Origin: Eledone cirrhosa
Taxonomy: Eukaryota
Length of the DNA: 64,000 nt
Assembly: GCA_964016885.1 (NCBI GenBank)
Contig: OZ024741.1
Coordinates: 204,724,001-204,788,000 of the forward strand
Direction of reading: 5' to 3'
The notes below the pieces were generated by a model. It had not been told where the DNA came from, searched no databases, and saw nothing but the letters and a program-made list of their open reading frames with translations. Below, piece by piece: positions 28,001-37,073 of this stretch (position 1 is its first letter; the number at the start of each line of letters is the position of its first letter). The translations under genes and the position numbers were made by a program.

Positions 28001-31000
28001 ACCCTTATACTTCCAACAAGGCCCTCCAGCCCCATGAGATCACTGACCTTTATACTTCTGACAAAGCCCTCCAGCCCTATGATGTCACTGACCCTTATAT
28101 TTCTCAGCAGGGACCACAGCCCCACAAGTTTATTAAACTGAGATAAACAAAATTTTATCTTGCCTTTCGATACATTACAATTATAACAAAGTCTGAACTG
28201 ATGACTCTTTGGCCAATAGTCCAGCACTTTACTGTTACCAATCCTGTGACCAGGGCTGGCGCTATCATATAGGCAAATTAGGCAGCCGCCTAAGGCAATA
28301 AATAAATAAATTTCAGTTCTATTGAGGGTCGTTTTTTATCTTGGTTTATTTCATACAGGGACAAATAATCGGGTAGATTCAGTCTGACCAGAACAAGCAA
28401 AATGAGTGAGTGAAAATCACGCATATACAAAACTATATCAATTGAACATGCTCAGGCTTCATCACTTGGTTAAAAACTTTGCTGAGAAAAAGGCACACAA
28501 TTGTCTGAATTGTCTTTCTGTCTGCATTTAGCCCTCAGTCAAATTTGGTTTCAGGTGTATTAGTTTTCAGTGTCTGTTCAACTGTCTATTATGCTGTTAG
28601 TTCATCACTAATGTCTATCTTTGTTTGTTTATTCTTGTTTTAATTTTGCAAATAAAATAGTATCAAGTAGTGCTTTTGGGTGGGTGTCCAGAGATTTGAG
28701 CACAGAGCGGTAAATTTTTTTTTAAATCACCTTTGGTCTGTGCTGAAAGGTTTTAAAAAAAAAAATTTTTTATTTATTGTTTATAAATTTTTAAAGTGAT
28801 ATTTTCTGGTAGGTGGGCAGTCAACAGAATGTAACCTTGCCTAGGGTGCCAGATAGTCTGGTGCTGGCTCTGCCTGTGACTCTCCAGGGTCATGGAGCAA
28901 TGTACTGTCACCCTCCATCCATCTCTGTCATGAATCAGGACTCAAGTTGTCTTAAGGTCTTTCCCTCTGAGTGGGTCAGTGTATCACCTCTCTCCATCCG
29001 TCTGTCATGAACCAGGATTTGAGTTGTTTTAAAGTTTTTATAAATCCATTCCATGATGAAATTCACCTATTCTTTTCTTCTGACAACCTTGCCTTAGCCT
29101 CATACAAATGTATATAATAAGCTGTAATTTCCAGACCAGACTGTAAGCACGGAATGACTGAATATTCTTTTACTCTGATATATTGGTTTTTTTTTTTCTT
29201 GCTGAATAGAATTGCTGAAATGTCTGATGAAATCCGCCGTTTACGTCCACCACGTCGATTTCACTCTGATATGATAATCCGGCCATATAACCACCAAGAA
29301 GCTGCAGGATATGCAATTTTACAAGTAATATTATCTAACTCTAATATCTTCTACCACATGAAACCATATTTGTAAGATATTCTTGAAAAGTATAAAACAG
29401 CACTAGGATTGCCTCCAGGACTGGCGTAACCATATAGGCAAATTAAGCAGCCACCTAGGGCGCTGATTTCAGGGGGTGAATTTCTTCAAATCAACAACAA
29501 TTTTGAAAATAAATAAATAGATAAATAAATTTCAGTTTTATTAAGGGTTGTTATTTATCCTGGTTTATTTCATACAGCTACAAATAAATGTTGAAAAAAT
29601 ATTTTTTTAAATTTATTGTTTATAAATTTTGAAATTGATATTTTCCTTGGAAGGGTGGGCTGGGGTGGGGCGGAGGGCTGAATCTAACCTTGCCTACGGT
29701 ACCAGATAGTGTGGAACTGGCCCTGATTGCATCACATTAAAAATTAAAGTCTTTCACTGAAAATTTTCACAAATATTTGTTCACTAATAAAGATACTATA
29801 AACATCTTAATTTACCAACCTGTTTTGAGATATTTTCTGCTAAATCATTACAGGATGTTAAGAGTTAATAAATAAAGTTTTTTAATCAATACACAGAGAG
29901 ACATCTTTTGAGTATATCAGCAATTGTTGAAAGTGTTTATTTTGATAAACCCAATGATGGGAACATAACCTTTTTACTGATGTAGCTTATGTCTATCATA
30001 ATATAAGGACCTCCTCCTTTTACTATGGAGTGGTTTCTAATTGGAACAAACTATTAACTAGAGCTAAATTAATAATTTATTCATGTTTTGATGTAATTTA
30101 CTTTTAATTTCAGGAAACTGAGAAAGGAATTTATGCTGCCACTGATGAATATATTGCTCATGCTGTTGTAACTAAAGATGGAAAAAATGTTCTTTTAGTG
30201 ACAGATAAGTAAGATAACGAATTGAATGTGGATTTTTTTTTTTTATATTGTTATACTTTGGGAGGGTCATGTTGCCAATAAGAAACACACACACCAGTTG
30301 CTTTCACTTCAATTTATTATAATAAATTTATAAATTTAGGAATTTATAAATTTCCGGTTGGTTGGTTGGTTCCACAACCAGATGATTTTTTTTTTTTCCT
30401 TTTCTTTTTGACACTGTTCCTAAAAGGACTAGTTGGTGGATTGGCAGTATCAGTAGAGGGTCGGACGCCATGCTTTCCAGCATAGTTACGCCCCTTTACG
30501 GTCTGAGTTCAAATCCTGCCGAGGTTAACTTTGCCTTTCATCCTTACGGGGTCAATAAACTAAAGTACCAGTAATACACTGGAATAATTTCTGGCCTTGT
30601 GCCAAAAGTAGAAAAAATGATTACTCTTATTAGCTCTTAATATCCACTCCCACATGAAACTGTTTAGTAAGACACTCATAAAATGCACAAAACAGCACTA
30701 TGAGCAGATCACTTTAAAAAATAGTCTTTACTCTAAAACTGCAAATTTTCAAAGCGATCTTTCTACTGGTAAATATACTATCATCATCCAGTTTTTGATT
30801 ATGAGGACACAATTATTCCCTAAGTAGGGGTGGGTCCTGTCTGACAGCACTCCTCAGCGTCCTGCTCCATGTGTTTCTGTCTGCTGGTCTCATTTGGGCC
30901 AGGCCAAGCCTAGCTTGATCCCAACAGACATCCTCCATCCAACTCCTTTTTGGTCTTCCTGGGCCTCTACTGCCTCCTGGATCACTATTCATCACTTTGC

Positions 31001-34000
31001 TGATCCAGCCCTCACTACATTCGACATGGCCATACCAGTGCATACATCTCATGTGAAGCACATCCTCGAGGTCGTTGATCAGCAATCTTTTCAGAAGTTC
31101 AGTTGAGCTGACATCATCATCAGTGGTCACACCGCACATCCAGCGGATCATAGCTCTGTAATGTCTTCTGAACCAATTCAGACAATTGGATAAACATTTC
31201 AATTGACAAACCCTATTTTTAGATACTTTTTGACTAAATTATTACAGGGTGTTACTTTACTTCAACAGATGCTATCTGTTATCAAAAGCACCAGCTAATT
31301 GATATCGATATCACATTTTTAAGAGCTCTAACAAACCTTTAATAACTAAATAATAAATAATTGTTTGTTTTGATTTTTTTCTTTCATTTTTTTAATCTAA
31401 TAAACCCTTACCTTGGTGGGTGAATATTTGATGTGCAGATGTACTGACTGAAATCTTTATTAACATTAATCTTCACACATATACAAGTAAATATTCTCTC
31501 ACACATGTTCAAGCACACTCAAACAAATATTCTCTCACAGATCTCATGCACATACATTCACTAGTTAAAACTTTTCTAAAGAATTCCATGGCAATTTAAA
31601 TTATTATCATTATCATAAACTTTATCCCTGATTATATATACAAGGGTCAGCTAAAAAGTTCATAGGCTGACTAAGATACTTTCATGGAATGTGACAAAAT
31701 GAGGTTTATTTTTCAACAGAGTCCCCTTTGCAGCCCACACACTTCTCCCATCAGTGTTGCAATGCTTGAATCCCATTGCTGAAGAAGCTTTCATCCTGTT
31801 GGTCCAAAAAAGTCAACAGCAGATATGACGTCATCATCACTGTTAGACTGGTTCTCAGCCAAGTGTTTTTTCATGTTGGGGAACAGATGATAGTCACATC
31901 AGGAGAATAGGGAGGGTGATCAACCAATTCAAAGCCACAGTCATGGAACATTGTCTTGATGAAAGAAGACCCCTTTCATCAGTTTTTCTGGGTGTTTGGT
32001 TTTCATAGCCTTTCGTAATTGCCTCACAAGTTAGCATAGTACTCTCTATTGATGGTGTGGCCCTTTTGAAGATAGCATTGAAAACACAATGCTTTTTGCA
32101 ACCCTCAAAACTGAGTCCATCACCTTTCCTGCAGATAAAACGAGCTTGGTTTTCTTTGGAGCAGGTGAGGATGGGTGTTTCAACTGAATGAATTTTCTCT
32201 TTGTCTCTGGCTCAAAGTGATAAATCCAACACTCATCCCTAGTTAGAAAACGTTCAAGGAAACCTGATGGATCTGCGTCAAACATTGTCAAATTTTCTTG
32301 TGATGTGATCAACCTGGTGCGCTTTTAATTAAGTGCCAAAAGACATGGCATCCACTGAGCAGAAACTTTCATCATGCCAAGTTCATTGTGCAGAATATTC
32401 TCAACTCTCTCACAAGATATGCTAATAGTATTGGCTATTTGATTTTTAGTCAAACACCTGTCATCCATCACCATGTAATGAACACAATCTGTGCTTTCCT
32501 CAGTGGTGGCAATTGTAGGTCATCTAGACCATGGGTTTTATTCAAGACTCCTCCTTCCCCTCCTAAATTCAGCTGTCCATTTTTGCAATGTTGATAAAGC
32601 TAGAGCATCATGCCCTAATGTAGCAACCAAGCATGAATGTCCTTGAGAGCTAAAACCTTTTTCTGCAGGTATTTGATAACACCATTTTCAAGAGGAGTTG
32701 TTACTAGTTACTTTTGAAGTCTTCTTTGAAGAGTCAGATGTCAGTTTACCTGGAAAAGGGTAGTGCAGTTATTAATAAGCAGAAATTAATGCATGCAAGA
32801 TTTCACAGCTCTAGCATCACTCCTTCATAGTCAACCTATGAACTTTTTAGCCCACCCTCATACCTTCCCTAAAAATAAATATATTTTGCTCTATAAAAAT
32901 AATTAATTTAGAATGAACAAAAATAATTTTCGTTTTTGTTTTTAAATTAAATATTGATTTATTTTATTTTATTTTTGTTTTGTTTTTTTAATTAAATAAT
33001 TGTTTACTGTTTACAGTGTATTACTGGTACTTTATTTTATCAACCCCGTAAAGATGAAAGGCAAAGTTAACCTCGACGGGATTTGAACCGAGAACGTAAA
33101 GGGACATAACTATGCTGGAAAGCATGTCGTCCGACCCTCTACTGATACTGCCAATCCACCACCCGTTTTTTAATTAAATAATAAAATACAATGAATCACT
33201 ATCTATTTCAGACGTTTGATATTTGCCAATCGAGGTGAAATCTTTGGCCACTGGGACTGTGAGTGGACACACCTTTATAGTGAACTTAGAGAGGCTCCAA
33301 AATCTCATGTTAAAGGAATAGAGATCATCTTGAAAGTAAGTATGTTTTTATAAGATTTAATGAAAGTAACTCAGAGCTGGATACCTAGTGTTGTACTTAT
33401 GTTGGCATTTTTTTGAAAGGGACAACAAATTGTCAGAATCATTAGGGCATTGGATTAAAAATGCATCATCCTTTCACGGTTGATAAAGTACCAATCCAGT
33501 ACTGAAATATTTTCTTCCTCTGTATTTCTTTCTTTCTCTGGAAGAAACGAACTTTGTTCTGGTCTGAAAAGGGATGGACTCCACTAGATTTAAAATACCC
33601 AAGACATGCTATGTGTAAGAACAACACTCCAACTCCATCACGAGTTTAAAGACTCTTAACATTTTTATATTTATACTCATTCACTTCTATTTTTATTTTA
33701 GTTAGAAGGGAGGGTACTTAGTGCCTATGACACATTATTTTTAAAGGCCTGCTGGAGGGAAGAGGTTATCCTTAAACTGGAGATCTGACCTGAATGCATA
33801 CAATAGATGATGGCCACAAAAGGCACCCAAGAATGAGGTGGTAGTGACAAAATGCACCCAAAGGGGAGTAAATCATAAAATGAAATATTAATAGCATGTG
33901 TCATGATGCATCATTTGTAATGACAAAGGTATAACTCATATGCTATCTCTGAATTTGATGACTCTTCGAATAGCCACAGCCTTTGCTGGAGTTATCTCTA

Positions 34001-37000
34001 ATATTGAATTAACTCTGACTTGAACTGCTGTCAGCAAAAACCTATCTGAGGTTATCTTAGCTTAACATTGTTTAACTCTATGTCAATTCTGATCAAGAAG
34101 AGTTTTAATTAAAGGCATTCTAGATGCAATCAGCCTCTCTTTTTAGGATTATTTGAACTATGTTATCTAATATATCATTTTCTTTTTTAAGATGGTAGCA
34201 TGTGGAAGTTTACTTCTATTTTTAGCAGGTTGAGTGGCATATAAACACTCTTTCATTGACTCATTACTTTAGGTGATATGGCAGAAGAAGATTAAGAAAA
34301 ACTAAGGGAGAAATAGGAAAGGTAAATCTGGGAATGTTAGACCTCAAAGTCAAGTTGACAGAGGATATAATGGAGTTGACACAGGATCAAGTGCAGTGGT
34401 CATATGCTCTACCATAGATCCATCCAAGCAATGCCAGCATGTTAAAATGACAATGATACCAGCTCAGATGTATACCTTGCTGTCCTCAGTTCTGCCATTA
34501 ATATTTTCTCTACTTAGCTATATGTAAAAAGTTATTGCTCATCAAAAACCCACTTTAAATGTAGCTCAGCAGTACTAAAATGAGGTGTTTCTCCCAGGAA
34601 ATATCTGTTTGTGAAATTCTCAAACCTTGCATATTATTGTAGCATAAAAAAAAACTTTTACATCCATTGTTTTGTTTTGAATTACATATATTACGTATAT
34701 TAAAAATCAAAGGTGATCAACATACTGAGGTTGATATAATCAATTATTCTCATCTCCTCCAAAATTTATGGTGTTGTGTCTGTCAGAAATTCTTATTACT
34801 GTTATTGTTTAATAGAATTGTTAAAGTGTGATATTTTATTACCTTACTTTATAATCTAAGTTCAAATTCTGTTGTCAACTTTACTCTTCATTTTTTCTGA
34901 AGCCAGTAAAATAAAATGCCATGTCAATTTAATTCACCATACCCTTCTTCAAAATGTGTGGCCTAAAGACAATATTAGAAGTCAATATTACAAATAGAGT
35001 AGAGGTAATTTTCACTATCTGATTGTAGCAATTGAACTTACTTTGCAATTGCCTGTTATATGACATTCATACATTTACAACACTAAAAGTAAATGTGAGA
35101 GACCAGAAGTTACAGTGTTTAGTGATTAATCAGAAACAGTAGTGGGTTTAAGAGGACTCTTCAGTCTGGACGATCATGTGACAACCTCTTTAGTGTTGGT
35201 ACCATGATAAGATGCAGTGAGTCCACTATGTAAGGTGGTAACGCTGATGCTGCAATAAAATGTACCCAGTACACTCTGTAAAGTAATAGTGCTGGTGCCA
35301 CAATAAAATGTATCCAGTTCACTGTGTAAGGTGGCCGATGTTTGGAAAGGGCATCCAGCTGTAGAAACCATGCCAAATATGGAATGTATGAGCAAGACTT
35401 GATCACCTGACAACCTATCCATCGCATGCTTGTATGAAAAGCAGACGTAAAAATAATGGTGATGATGATGATGATGATACATGTATCCACTTTCTTACAA
35501 ACATGGGATCTTATTATGCTTGTATAAGATATTATGAGAATAGTAGCAACTCTACATGGTATAGGGTTGAAAAAGATATTTTCTGGAAAGTAATTTGTAT
35601 TAATACATATTCTAAATTCATATTAGATATATATTCATGACATAGCAATTTGCTGGTATGTCAATATGAGTGGATTATCAACTCAATAAACAAAACTTTA
35701 TTATTAGTTAGAGCATAAATCAGTTTAAGGACCATTTGAGTTTTAGTTGTTCTAAATAGTGTTGACTTTATTTACAGGAAAAGGAAAAAAAGAAATTCTT
35801 TGGCAGTAATTTGCCGAAAAAGGTTGTGATGATACAAGATCCAAAAGTGAAAGAGGTAAGCATGTGTGTGTGTTTGCTTCACTTGCTTGTAATTTATAAC
35901 AGTTATGATTATGATTACTTCAGGAAGTAGCTGCAACTAGAAGAAATACATAACATGGACAGGAAATGGAGGGTATCCTTCAGGAAGGAGGCAGTAAGGT
36001 GTGATGTGGCATCAGCTGATATGCGTTCTGGAATTTATGCCAATGGTCTTTTAAATAAAATACTTCTTTGAAAATTTACACTAACTATTTCTTTTAAGTA
36101 AAAATACAACTAGATAAAAAGAAAAGAACTTATCTGAATACTGTCTGTTGTTTGATAGCTCTGTGTTTGTGTGTGTCTGTGGATGCATGAGATATGCAGT
36201 GGGACCACAAGCAGGTTTACAGAAAAGGTAGAATCTGTATGCAGCAGATTCACCGGGGAAATAATCACTAAGAGCATACATGTAATAGATTCCCTCAGTT
36301 ACTCAGGAGGCTCTCTAGAAGTTGTTGATAGCTTTTGTTTTCTTGATAATCTGCAGTGGGAGAGGGTGCTTAGAATACAAACAGGCTGGGAGAAATTTAT
36401 GGAGCTAGTACTTCTGCTGACAATCAAGTGTAGACTATGATGCTTGCATGTAAACTGCAATGCTACATGGCAGTCTTGACTGCTGAAGATTTGTGAATGC
36501 TAGAAAGAAATGAAGTGAGTATGCCCCAATGGATATGTAATGTTAGTATGTCTGAACAACATACCATAACTGAGTTGAGAGAAAAACTTAATATAAGAGG
36601 AATCTCTCTTGTTCAATTGCTGAACAAACAGTAAATGTTAACACAGACATGAACAATCACGCAAGATAACCTTCCACACAGTTTTCACTTACCAAATTTC
36701 ACTCACAAGACATTGGTCAACCAAAGGCTTGTAGTAGAAGACACCTATCCAAGGTGTCACACAGTGTGACTAAACCTGAAACCACATGGTTGAGAAGACA
36801 AACTCCATAACGACACACAGCCATGCCTGTTAAAATCTACACTTGCCATGTGTGTGCGTTAAAAGTAGATTGCTTGAGTAAATTATCAAGTTAATGTTAT
36901 ACCATTTACATGAGAATTATTTTTGTTGATTATTTGTTTTGACTCTTCTCACTTGGTATTTCTTCTTTTATGCTGACCCTTTGTCCTAATCTAAGATATA

Positions 37001-37073
37001 TAACCTTTCACTTTCCTTTTTACAATTGCAGTGGATTCTCACCAAGGTCACTGAAGCCATGGCTCGTGCATAA
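6184..37073 (+). CDS. VPS13: VPS13A/C-like bridge lipid-transfer protein, C-terminal 739 aa in 21 exons (5' part lies upstream of the window)
   Basis: Joined exons total 2221 nt with matching phases at every GT-AG junction. Hallmark peptides: [101 protein letters not shown]. Confidence 0.96.
7860..8077. mobile_element. TTAA-type (piggyBac-like) MITE
   Basis: TTAA|CCCTTTAGCATTTA ... TAAATGCTAAAGGG|TTAA. Copies at 10306, 17556 and 44249. Confidence 0.85.
8120..8242 (+). CDS. VPS13: VPS13 exon b
   Basis: tttcag|...|gtaaac; [41 protein letters not shown]. Confidence 0.95.
8429..8614 (+). mobile_element. tRNA-derived SINE, family A
   Basis: A/B-box-like head, core gcctttcatc..tacgg..tcgataaaataaag, tail gtagaaacaattatt; ~15-bp TSD attatt(g/a)aatacctc. 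Confidence 0.85.
8747..8859 (+). CDS. VPS13: VPS13 exon c
   Basis: tttcag|...|gtaaat; [37 protein letters not shown]. Confidence 0.95.
9294..9447 (+). CDS. VPS13: VPS13 exon d
   Basis: ttttag|...|gtaaga; [30 protein letters not shown]...LENKFE. Confidence 0.92.
10085..10219 (+). CDS. VPS13: VPS13 exon e
   Basis: tttcag|...|gtaatc; [45 protein letters not shown]. Confidence 0.95.
10306..10525. mobile_element. TTAA-type MITE nested in a minus-strand SINE (~10270-10760)
   Basis: Near-identical to 7860-8077. Interrupts the SINE at its TTAA (compare the uninterrupted gggcattttaagcctggc at ~12551). Right TIR is clipped. Confidence 0.8.
11409..11490 (+). CDS. VPS13: VPS13 exon f
   Basis: ttccag|...|gttagt; [27 protein letters not shown]. 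Confidence 0.95.
11677..11746 (+). CDS. VPS13: VPS13 exon g
   Basis: ttccag|...|gtaagt; [22 protein letters not shown]. Confidence 0.95.
12500..12812 (-). mobile_element. SINE family A, long-tail variant
   Basis: Family A head and core plus a distinct ~170-nt tail shared with 47100-47400, 57235-57440, 33420-33660 and 10270-10760. Confidence 0.75.
13070..13400 (+). mobile_element. tRNA-derived SINE, family B, inserted in a decayed TTAA-type MITE (~12865-13430)
   Basis: A box tggcttagtggttag, B box gagttcaattc, body ggtgttaggaagggcatccagctgtagaa, RTE-like tail. Related pieces at ~7670-7855, 11878-12245, 14640-14875, 20748-20940, 35200-35480, 42060-42245, 42977-43420 and 47700-47985. Confidence 0.8.
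13600..13785. repeat. Degenerate ~60-bp tandem repeat (about 3 units)
   Basis: Recurrent tttcactg(a/c)tca(g/a)cta...gaca(t/c)tga(c/t)taacagact. Confidence 0.65.
13874..13982 (+). CDS. VPS13: VPS13 exon h
   Basis: tttcag|...|gtattt; [36 protein letters not shown]. Confidence 0.93.
14290..14630 (-). mobile_element. RTE LINE 3' fragment
   Basis: [13 protein letters not shown]...[16 protein letters not shown]. Confidence 0.85.
15890..17225 (+). mobile_element. CR1-type LINE, 5'-truncated, with (ATT)n tail
   Basis: [45 protein letters not shown]; ends in attattatt repeats. Confidence 0.92.
17556..17763. mobile_element. TTAA-type MITE
   Basis: Intact TIRs with TTAA on both sides. Confidence 0.88.
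17784..17903 (+). CDS. VPS13: VPS13 exon i
   Basis: ttgtag|...|gtaagc; TRLFLEDC...[15 protein letters not shown]. Confidence 0.93.
19095..19222 (+). CDS. VPS13: VPS13 exon j
   Basis: ttacag|...|gtaagt; [10 protein letters not shown]...[17 protein letters not shown]. Confidence 0.95.
19871..19952 (+). CDS. VPS13: VPS13 exon k
   Basis: tttcag|...|gttagt; [27 protein letters not shown]. Confidence 0.93.
21272..21385 (+). CDS. VPS13: VPS13 exon l
   Basis: tttcag|...|gttata; [38 protein letters not shown]. Confidence 0.96.
21472..21627. mobile_element. Tc1/mariner-superfamily MITE
   Basis: TA|CCGTATTTCC ... GGAAATACGG|TA. Confidence 0.8.
22095..22702 (+). mobile_element. CR1-type LINE fragment with internal deletion
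   Basis: Aligns to ~16320-16700, then jumps to ~16992; same 3' tail. Confidence 0.88.
22813..22888 (+). CDS. VPS13: VPS13 exon m
   Basis: tttcag|...|gtaaga; [25 protein letters not shown]. Confidence 0.96.
23198..23251 (+). mobile_element. Isolated CR1 3' terminus (~50 bp)
   Basis: tgagttgtagtgcacctgagcactgtacacaataatttcattattattatt matches the end of 22095-22702. Confidence 0.75.
23600..24355 (-). mobile_element. RTE LINE 3' fragment (second family)
   Basis: [39 protein letters not shown]. Confidence 0.85.
24744..24907 (+). CDS. VPS13: VPS13 exon n
   Basis: ctgtag|...|gtaagc; [32 protein letters not shown]...GGKGLVM. Confidence 0.96.
24997..25058. repeat. (GT)n microsatellite
   Basis: Perfect GT dinucleotide run of about 31 units. 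Confidence 0.98.
25982..26063 (+). CDS. VPS13: VPS13 exon o
   Basis: ttctag|...|gtaagt; [27 protein letters not shown]. Confidence 0.96.
26700..27250 (+). mobile_element. LINE endonuclease/linker fragment
   Basis: [11 protein letters not shown] and [22 protein letters not shown]. Confidence 0.75.
27505..27592 (+). CDS. VPS13: VPS13 exon p
   Basis: acttag|...|gtttgt; [28 protein letters not shown]. Confidence 0.95.
27943..28112. repeat. 45-bp minisatellite (about 3.7 units)
   Basis: Unit catgacatcactaacccttatacttcc...ccctcca starting at 27943, 27988, 28033 and 28078. Confidence 0.9.
28251..28872. mobile_element. Non-autonomous hAT element
   Basis: CAGGGCTGGC...GCTGGCTCTG termini; perfect 8-bp TSD cctgtgac (28243-28250 and 28873-28880). 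Confidence 0.85.
29210..29324 (+). CDS. VPS13: VPS13 exon q
   Basis: gaatag|...|gtaata; [38 protein letters not shown]. Confidence 0.93.
29416..29725. mobile_element. Shorter copy of the same hAT element
   Basis: Same termini and internal blocks as 28251-28872; 8-bp TSD attgcctc / attgcatc. Confidence 0.82.
30114..30208 (+). CDS. VPS13: VPS13 exon r (PH-like domain)
   Basis: tttcag|...|gtaaga; [31 protein letters not shown]. Confidence 0.92.
30245..30384 (-). mobile_element. Solo terminal fragment of the Penelope-like element
   Basis: Highly similar to 60772-60913. Confidence 0.85.
30432..30623 (+). mobile_element. SINE family A
   Basis: Full head-core-tail match to 8429 and 38756. Confidence 0.85.
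30813..31170 (-). mobile_element. RTE LINE 3' fragment
   Basis: AMIRWMCGV...WYGHVE...[12 protein letters not shown]. Confidence 0.85.
31641..32860 (-). mobile_element. Decayed mariner transposon
   Basis: ~30-bp TIRs flanked by TA; transposase remnant [17 protein letters not shown]...SAGKVM. Confidence 0.9.
33000..33164 (-). mobile_element. SINE family A
   Basis: Reverse-complement core and head; flanked by repeated gttttttaattaaataat. Confidence 0.8.
33212..33335 (+). CDS. VPS13: VPS13 exon s (PH-like domain)
   Basis: tttcag|...|gtaagt; [41 protein letters not shown]. Confidence 0.92.
35778..35855 (+). CDS. VPS13: VPS13 exon t
   Basis: ttacag|...|gtaagc; [26 protein letters not shown]. 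Confidence 0.85.
36160..36610 (+). mobile_element. RTE LINE fragment
   Basis: [13 protein letters not shown]...[13 protein letters not shown]; same family as 1-330. Confidence 0.75.
37032..37073 (+). CDS. VPS13: VPS13 last coding exon with stop codon
   Basis: Long polypyrimidine tract, ttgcag|; [13 protein letters not shown], which fits the terminal helix of a PH fold. Confidence 0.85.
   Translation, partial: WILTKVTEAMARA

Noticed and set aside
27943-28112. Regular repeats as a possible CRISPR array or repeat protein (ORFs 27803-28141 and 27940-28227)
   Set aside because: Units are contiguous with no unique spacers. The ORFs arise because the 45-bp unit is a multiple of three, and the locus is intronic in a eukaryotic gene.
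6184-37073. U12-type or non-canonical introns, or stop-codon readthrough in VPS13
   Set aside because: All 20 introns are GT-AG with no GTATCCTT donor, and the stop is TAA-A, a poor readthrough context.
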